Shown: positions 58,202-64,000 of the stretch, in pieces
Layout: every line of letters starts with the position of its first letter
Numbering within the stretch: position 1 is the first letter of the stretch
DNA from: Candidatus Krumholzibacteriia bacterium
GTDB taxonomy: Bacteria; Krumholzibacteriota; Krumholzibacteriia; LZORAL124-64-63
Assembly: GCA_036351155.1 (NCBI GenBank)
Contig: JAZBOO010000280.1
Span: 1-64,000, forward strand
Direction of reading: 5' to 3'
DNA length: 64,000 bases
Notes under the pieces: generated by a model
What the model saw: only the letters and a program-made list of their open reading frames with translations
The model's database searches: none
What the model was told of the DNA's origin: nothing
Made by a program: the position numbers and the translations under genes

Positions 58202-61200
58202 ATGCGCAAGTCCTGCATCTTGCTGGGAATCTGTCTGTTTCTCGGGCTGGCGTCCGGAGCTGTCGCCGCCGATCAACTGGATATCGAGGCCATTCGTCAG
58301 GACATCGAGCGCTACGGCTGGTCCTTCGAAGTGGACGATGCCTTCTCGCGCAGTCTGACCCCGGAGCAGCGGCAGAACCTGCGCGGTTACCGCCCCCCGG
58401 AGGACTACCAGAAGATTCTGGACGAGAACTTGAAGATCTTTCCGGTGGACAAGGATCTGCCCTCGAGTCTGGACTGGCGGGATGTGAACGGCGTGACCTC
58501 GGTCAAGAACCAGGGGGACTGCGGAAGTTGCTGGGCCTTCGCGGCCACCGCCGAGCTGGAATCGTTCATCAAGATCTACTACGGCGAAGACACCAACCTG
58601 TCCGAGCAGCAGGTGGTTTCCTGCAATCCCTACGGGGCCGATTGCGATGGGGGCTGGGCCAACGCGGCTTACTTCGTGTTCCGCCAGTATGGGGCCGCCC
58701 AGGAAAACTGCATTCCCTACCTGGGCATGAGCCCGCCCGCTGCTCCGTGCGAGCAGGATGATTTCAAGAAGTACGGCTTCATCACCGGGTGGCATTCCAT
58801 TTCCAACAACGTGCAGCAGATCAAGGAAGCCCTTCAGGACGGTCCGGTGTGCACGGCCATTGACGCCAGCGATGAGTTCGAGGCCTACGAGAGTGGCTGC
58901 TACGATGTGCCCGGCGGCTGGACCAATCACCTGGTGCTCATCGTGGGTTACGACGATCGTGCCTGCGGGAACAACGGGGCCTGGATCATCAAGAACAGCT
59001 GGGGTTACGACTTCGGCGATGGCGGGTACATCTACGTCCAGTACGGAGCCGGATCCACGGGACAGAGCGTGACCCAGCTGGAGTATACCCCCCCTCCGAC
59101 TTCCATTTCCATCCACACCGGGGTCACCGAAGAGCCCATCTATGCCGACGAGACTGCTCTGATCGAGTGGGGCACCTCGGGGGCCGCCGCACCCCTGGTG
59201 GACATCTACTTCGGCAACGAGGGCCACTGTCACCCGGTGCTGGTGGCGGAGAATTTGCCCAACACCGGCAGCTACAACTGGACGGTGCCCAACCTGGGGA
59301 CCAACTACGGCAGCCTGGTGGTCTATCCCAGCAGCGGCACCGAGGACGGCTTCGGGATCACCGAGGAATACATCCGGGTGGTCGGTCACAAGACCCGTTA
59401 CGTCTCGCCCAGCGGCAGTAACACCGCGCCTTTCGAATCTCCCGAAACGGCGGCCCACAGCATCAGTGATGCCGTGGTGGCCTGCACCGGGACCGACAGC
59501 GTGCTGGTGGCAGGCGGCCACTATCTCGGCACGGTGACCGTCGGAACCACGGTGCGACTGCTCGGTGGCTACAGCCAGGATTTCAGCGTCCGCGACCCGG
59601 AGACCTACCCCACCGTGATCCAGAGCGGCAACACCGGAATGCGTTTCCTGGAAGGCTCCGGGGACTTCGGGATGGCCGACGGATTCGTGTTCCGCGATTG
59701 CACCGGCAGTCCCGGCAGCGTGCCGGAATCAGGGAGTCATGGCGGCGGCATCTTTGTGCGCAACGCCTCGCCCCTGATTCTCAACTGTGTGTTCGAAGAA
59801 AATCTGGCCTCGGCCAGTTCAGGGACGGGCTTCGGTGGCGGTATCTGCGTGGTGGGCGGCCAGCCCGAGATCAGGGATTGCGTTTTCCGCGACAACGTGG
59901 GCAGCCAGGGTGGCGCGGTCGGTATTTTCGATGGGGCCCACGCGACCCTGATCGATTGTCAAATTCTGGGCAATGCCTGCCGGGACAGCTCCAGCGCCAA
60001 CACCGGCGCCGGCCTGTTCGTCAGAAATGCCGCCGTGACTCTCCAGGGCGGCGCCATCGGTGGCAATGGCGGGGGAGCGGGTGCGGGCATGCACCTCCTG
60101 GGTTCCCAGGCGGACCTCAGCCGAGTGGACATCCGGAACAACCGGGCCCAGGTCGATGGGGGCGGTATTCTGGCCGTGGACTCCACACTGGATCTGGCCA
60201 ATGTGAAGCTGACCGGTAACGTGTCGAACACCGGCAGTGGTGGTGGACTGTCCGGTCAGGGAACCTCTCTCACCCTGCGCAACGTGCAGATCACCGACAA
60301 CCGCAGTGCCATCCTGGGTGGTGGCATGTTCGCCAGCGGGGCCACCGGACTGGTGGAGAATTGCCTGGCCAGCGGCAACACCGCGGGCAATACGGGGGGC
60401 CTGATGGCCCTGGCTTCCGGGCCCATGACCGTGCGCAACAATATCGTCAGCGAGAATTTTGGCGGCGGCCTCACCGTGATCGGTTCGGAGGTCACCGTCG
60501 GCTCGAACAACGTGTGGCAGAACGAAGGCGGCGACTACGTGTCCATGGCCGTACCGGCGGCTGATTTTTCCGCCGATCCTCTGTTCCTGAATGCGGCGGC
60601 GGGCGATTACGGTCTGGCGCAGTATTCTCCGTGTGTGGACCGTGGCGAGATGGCCGCGGATTGCCTGGACCCGGACGGCTCCCGAGCGGACGTGGGTCTG
60701 CTGGGTGGCCCGGGCGCGGACTTCGTGGCCCCTGATCATGTGACCGGGGCGGCACTCGAGGATCTGGGCGGCGGAACCTGGCGCCTGACCTGGAACGCCC
60801 TGGGGGCCGACAACATCAGCCACTACGTGGTTTACCGGGACACCTCCGAGGTGTTCGAGCCCTCGCCCAGCAAGGCCCTGGCCACCATCGACCACCCGGG
60901 AACGGTGTTCGAGGATTCCCCGGGTATGGAGTGCTACTATCTGGTGGCGGCCATCGATGAGACGGGGTACAGCGGCGGATATTCCGCGCAGGTGAGCACA
61001 GCCGGAAGCATCAGTGCGGCCGGCGACAGCGATTTGCCCCGAAGCCTGGCCATCGCCAAGGTGGTGCCCAACCCCTTCAATCCCCGGACCACCCTGAGCT
61101 ACGATGTGCCCCGGACCGGGCGCGTGGAACTGGCGGTTTACGACATCAAGGGGCGGCTGGTGAAACGGCTGGTTTCGGGGACGGTCCAGGCGGGTCGGCA

Positions 61201-61318
61201 CACCGTGAGCTGGAGCGGGCAGGACAGTCATGGCCATTCGGTGGCCGCCGGCGTGTACTTTGCCCGGATGAGTGATGGGCACTCGGCCACGACGACGAAG
61301 ATGGTGCTGACCAAGTAG
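58202..61318 (+). CDS. Secreted C1A (papain-like) cysteine peptidase with beta-helix region and C-terminal FlgD-Ig/T9SS-like domain
   Basis: Signal peptide; LPSSLDWR, QGDCGSCWAF, NHLVLIVGY, WIIKNSWG; GGG...N.A repeats; PNPFNP.T...YD..GR.V..L...GVYF...KMVL.K. Confidence 0.88.
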   Translation: MRKSCILLGICLFLGLASGAVAADQLDIEAIRQDIERYGWSFEVDDAFSRSLTPEQRQNLRGYRPPEDYQKILDENLKIFPVDKDLPSSLDWRDVNGVTSVKNQGDCGSCWAFAATAELESFIKIYYGEDTNLSEQQVVSCNPYGADCDGGWANAAYFVFRQYGAAQENCIPYLGMSPPAAPCEQDDFKKYGFITGWHSISNNVQQIKEALQDGPVCTAIDASDEFEAYESGCYDVPGGWTNHLVLIVGYDDRACGNNGAWIIKNSWGYDFGDGGYIYVQYGAGSTGQSVTQLEYTPPPTSISIHTGVTEEPIYADETALIEWGTSGAAAPLVDIYFGNEGHCHPVLVAENLPNTGSYNWTVPNLGTNYGSLVVYPSSGTEDGFGITEEYIRVVGHKTRYVSPSGSNTAPFESPETAAHSISDAVVACTGTDSVLVAGGHYLGTVTVGTTVRLLGGYSQDFSVRDPETYPTVIQSGNTGMRFLEGSGDFGMADGFVFRDCTGSPGSVPESGSHGGGIFVRNASPLILNCVFEENLASASSGTGFGGGICVVGGQPEIRDCVFRDNVGSQGGAVGIFDGAHATLIDCQILGNACRDSSSANTGAGLFVRNAAVTLQGGAIGGNGGGAGAGMHLLGSQADLSRVDIRNNRAQVDGGGILAVDSTLDLANVKLTGNVSNTGSGGGLSGQGTSLTLRNVQITDNRSAILGGGMFASGATGLVENCLASGNTAGNTGGLMALASGPMTVRNNIVSENFGGGLTVIGSEVTVGSNNVWQNEGGDYVSMAVPAADFSADPLFLNAAAGDYGLAQYSPCVDRGEMAADCLDPDGSRADVGLLGGPGADFVAPDHVTGAALEDLGGGTWRLTWNALGADNISHYVVYRDTSEVFEPSPSKALATIDHPGTVFEDSPGMECYYLVAAIDETGYSGGYSAQVSTAGSISAAGDSDLPRSLAIAKVVPNPFNPRTTLSYDVPRTGRVELAVYDIKGRLVKRLVSGTVQAGRHTVSWSGQDSHGHSVAAGVYFARMSDGHSATTTKMVLTK

Positions 61319-61342
61319 ATCATTCACCAGGCGCGTCGAGAC

Positions 61343-61381
61343 AAAAAAGGCCCCGGGCTTGCACCCGGGGCCACTTTTTTT
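61343..61381. terminator. Bidirectional terminator between convergent genes
   Basis: A6-GGCCCCGGG-CTTGCA-CCCGGGGCC-AC-T7. Confidence 0.85.
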
Positions 61382-61721
61382 ACTCCGACCACACGGCCAG
61401 CTCATTGCCGCCGGGCTCGCTGAAGTGGAAACGCTTGCCCCCGGGAAACTCGTAGGTCTCCTTCACAATGGTCCCCCCGGCAGCTTTCACCTTGGCCACC
61501 ACGGAATCCAGATCCGGAGCGTAAAAAACCACCAGAGGGCCGCCGCTTGCCGCCTTGTCGCCCTGGGCGAAACCACCGCGCATGGCGGCGTCCTTGAAGC
61601 TGGCGTACTCCGGTCCAAAGTCCTTGAACTCATAGCCGAAAACCTCCTGGAAGAAGGCCTTGCTACCGTTCAGATCGGTGGTGGTGAATTCGATGTAATC
61701 GATGGCGTTGGGATGGCTCAT
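61380..61721 (-). CDS. VOC/glyoxalase family protein
   Basis: IDYIEF...F...FG..F.D.GP.YA.F, GG.I.K....FPGG.RFHF..P.GNELAVWS. Confidence 0.9.
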   Translation of the reverse strand: MSHPNAIDYIEFTTTDLNGSKAFFQEVFGYEFKDFGPEYASFKDAAMRGGFAQGDKAASGGPLVVFYAPDLDSVVAKVKAAGGTIVKETYEFPGGKRFHFSEPGGNELAVWSE

Positions 61722-63045
61722 GTTCAAACCTTTCTGGATGGATCGGGTTCATTGTCTGCAGAGATGATACTCCAAGCAGTCCGAATTGCACATCATCTCG
61801 TCCGAACATCAGGTCGATGGTCCATTCCAGGGCGATCCTCAGGCGTCGTCCCCAGCCGGGCATCTTCATGAGATAGACCGTGCGCCACAGGAACCACGCG
61901 GCAAAACCGGCCAGCTTGATGGGGCCGATGCGGGCCACGCCGGTGCGGCAACCCAGGGCCACCAGCTGGCCGCGGTCCCGGATCACACATGGTCCGGTGG
62001 GCTGCCCACGCAGGACCCGCAGGAGGTTGTCGGCCAGTTGCCGCCCCTGCTGGACGGCGGCCTGGGCCGTGGCCGGATAGGGGCGTCCCGTCGGATCGGG
62101 GTTGACGGCGCAATCGCCGATGGCCCACAGGTGTTCGTGGCCCTGGACCCTGAGGTCGGGGGAGCAAAGGATCCAGCCACGTTCGTCCGACGGGAGCCCC
62201 AGTGCTGTCAGTGCCGGGTTGGGTGCGATCCCGGCACACCAGATGACCGTCCGGGTGGCCAGACGGTCACCGCCGGCCAGAATGATATGATCTTCGCTCA
62301 CTTCCTGAACAGAGGTGTTCAGGCGCAGGTGAATGCCGCGCTGCTGCAGTTTTTCGGCGGCAAATGACGCCAGCTTGGCGTCCAGGTTGGGCAAGATGCG
62401 GGGTGCGATATCGATCAGCGTGACCGTGATGTCCGAATCGTGGACATGGCTGTAGCGACGGGCGGCCCTTTTGAGGAACACCTCGAACTCACCGGCCACT
62501 TCCACCCCGGTGAAACTCGAACCGACCACGGCAAAGTGCAGCAGTTCGCGGCGCAGCAGGTGGTCCGGCGACTGATCGGCTTGCTCCAGCAAGCGGATGG
62601 CCCGGTCGCGCAGAGCGATGGCGTCCGCCACCCCCTTGACCTGCAGTCCGTGCTGGTGCAGTCCGGGGATGGGGGGCAAATTGGTGATGCTGCCCATGCC
62701 CAGAACCAGGTGATCGTAAGGGATGTTCCGGGGTTGAGCCTGTCCCACCGGGCGCACAGCTATGGTCTTCTGATCCAGGTCGGCCCCGATAAATTCCCCC
62801 ATGAGGAGGTCGTCCGAACGCGTGAAGGCGCGCAGTCCCACCACCGCATGCCGGGGGGATAGACTGCCGGTCCCCGCTTCCACCAGGAAGGGGTGAAAAA
62901 CGAAGAAATTGTTGCGGTCGATCAGCAGGACTTCAGCCTCACCCGGCTTCAGCTTTTTCAAAAGCCGCTGCACCGCGCTGGCTCCGCCGAACCCACCGCC
63001 TACCACCACGATACGAGGAATGTCACTTTTATGGTGAATACCCAT
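61663..63045 (-). CDS. ndh: Type II NADH dehydrogenase-like FAD oxidoreductase
   Basis: VVVGGGFGG, YDHLVLGMGS, VVGSSFTGVE.AGE, WAIGDCA, PATAQAA.QQG, GF.AWFLWR..YL. Confidence 0.85.
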   Translation of the reverse strand: MGIHHKSDIPRIVVVGGGFGGASAVQRLLKKLKPGEAEVLLIDRNNFFVFHPFLVEAGTGSLSPRHAVVGLRAFTRSDDLLMGEFIGADLDQKTIAVRPVGQAQPRNIPYDHLVLGMGSITNLPPIPGLHQHGLQVKGVADAIALRDRAIRLLEQADQSPDHLLRRELLHFAVVGSSFTGVEVAGEFEVFLKRAARRYSHVHDSDITVTLIDIAPRILPNLDAKLASFAAEKLQQRGIHLRLNTSVQEVSEDHIILAGGDRLATRTVIWCAGIAPNPALTALGLPSDERGWILCSPDLRVQGHEHLWAIGDCAVNPDPTGRPYPATAQAAVQQGRQLADNLLRVLRGQPTGPCVIRDRGQLVALGCRTGVARIGPIKLAGFAAWFLWRTVYLMKMPGWGRRLRIALEWTIDLMFGRDDVQFGLLGVSSLQTMNPIHPERFEHEPSQRHRLHRIHHHRSER

Positions 63046-63084
63046 GGCATCCTACTCGGCTTGCGATTATCATTTTCATCTGTC

Positions 63085-63113
63085 TTGATTATACTTGATA
63101 AAAAAGGTATGAT
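63085..63113 (+). promoter_or_regulatory. Putative sigma70 promoter for sucA, overlapping a minus-strand TATAAT for ndh
   Basis: TTGATT-N17-TATGAT on +; ATTATA at 63088-63093 (TATAAT on -). Confidence 0.55.
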
Positions 63114-63179
63114 TTTCACGCCAGTTCCGGGTTCTCACAACCGGAATCAACCGTCACCCACATTCCGTAATCCGGGGCC

Positions 63180-64000
63180 ATGAATAACCGTAAAAACAAT
63201 GATCCCAATACGTTGAGCCTTTCATACGCGGAAATGCTCTGGCAATCTTGGCAGGATGATCCTGCCAGCGTGCCCCCCGCCTGGCAGGCCTGGTTTGCCG
63301 CCCAGAACGTGGCTGGACCCAGTGACCCATCCTATCAGCCTTCCGGGGCGGCGAGCGACCGTGCCTTGGCCGACCAGAACAAGGTCGATCAGATGGTCAG
63401 GAATTACCGGGTCAGGGGTCATCGTATTGCCAACTTGAACCCCCTGGGCAAGCCCATGGAGGAGCCTCCTGAGCTGACCCTGGAATATTATGGATTCGGT
63501 GAAGGGGATCTGGATCGCGTCTTCTCGGCGGGAACCCTGAGCCCGGGCGATATGCTCCCGCTACGGGAAATCCAGCGCAAGCTTCAGGCCACCTATTCGC
63601 GCTTCATCGGTGTGCAGTACATGCACATCGACGACCTGCAGGTCCGGGAATGGCTGCAGGGCCGCATGGAGGCCAGTGAAAATCGTATCGAGCTGGACCA
63701 CGAGGTTCAGGAACGGATCCTCAAGCGGCTGATCGACGCAGAGATTTTCGAGGAATTCATCCAGAACAAGTATCTGGGAGCCAAGCGCTTCAGCCTGGAG
63801 GGCGCCGAGACGCTCATTCCTTTGCTGGACATGGCCATCGAGCATGCCGGTCAGCAGGGGCTGGACAAGGTGGTCATCGGGATGGCTCACCGTGGTCGAC
63901 TGAACGTGCTGGCCAACATCCTCCATAAAAGCCCCAAGAAGATTTTCCAGGAATTCGAGGACGCCGATGCCGAAACCTACCTGGGGCGTGGCGATGTTAA
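63180..64000 (+). CDS. sucA: 2-oxoglutarate dehydrogenase E1 (3' truncated; absent from the ORF track)
   Basis: My translation: DP.SV...W, YRVRGHRIANLNPLG, FEEFIQNKYLGAKRFSLEG.E, GMAHRGRLNVL. Confidence 0.95.
   Translation, partial: MNNRKNNDPNTLSLSYAEMLWQSWQDDPASVPPAWQAWFAAQNVAGPSDPSYQPSGAASDRALADQNKVDQMVRNYRVRGHRIANLNPLGKPMEEPPELTLEYYGFGEGDLDRVFSAGTLSPGDMLPLREIQRKLQATYSRFIGVQYMHIDDLQVREWLQGRMEASENRIELDHEVQERILKRLIDAEIFEEFIQNKYLGAKRFSLEGAETLIPLLDMAIEHAGQQGLDKVVIGMAHRGRLNVLANILHKSPKKIFQEFEDADAETYLGRGDV

Overview
A gene-dense, high-GC bacterial chromosome segment with almost all genes on the + strand. I found no rRNA, tRNA, CRISPR array or transposase. A FlgD-Ig/T9SS-like C-terminal sorting domain and the DUF4159-DUF4175-TPR-'AsnB-like' cluster suggest an FCB-related diderm lineage such as Latescibacterota or Krumholzibacteriota; this is inference. 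Content in order: moxR-DUF58-BatA/VWA; nifU-nifS; mfd plus two parvulin/SurA chaperones; a GT2-TPR gene (-); ftsE-ftsX-envC-holB-ricT-tatD-rsmA; a beta-barrel OMP with two related lipoproteins; a divergent polysaccharide deacetylase; a DUF362/ferredoxin protein; secD-secF with a structured leader and a ~100 bp palindrome downstream; a DUF4783-like gene, a 1594-aa sensor kinase and DUF4159-DUF4175-TPR-'AsnB-like'; a small Zn-ribbon protein; a CPBP protease (-); HAD-nnr-tsaD; a five-gene signalling operon; priA; a secreted papain/beta-helix/FlgD protein; VOC and ndh (-); and partial sucA. The best candidate for an undescribed system is 49095-55995. A sigma54-type promoter precedes REC-GGDEF and two tandem [histidine kinase-GAF-degenerate HD-GYP + stand-alone REC] units. 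Sigma54-like -24/-12 motifs also precede ftsEX and the giant-kinase operon. All calls come from motif recognition by eye, not database searches.
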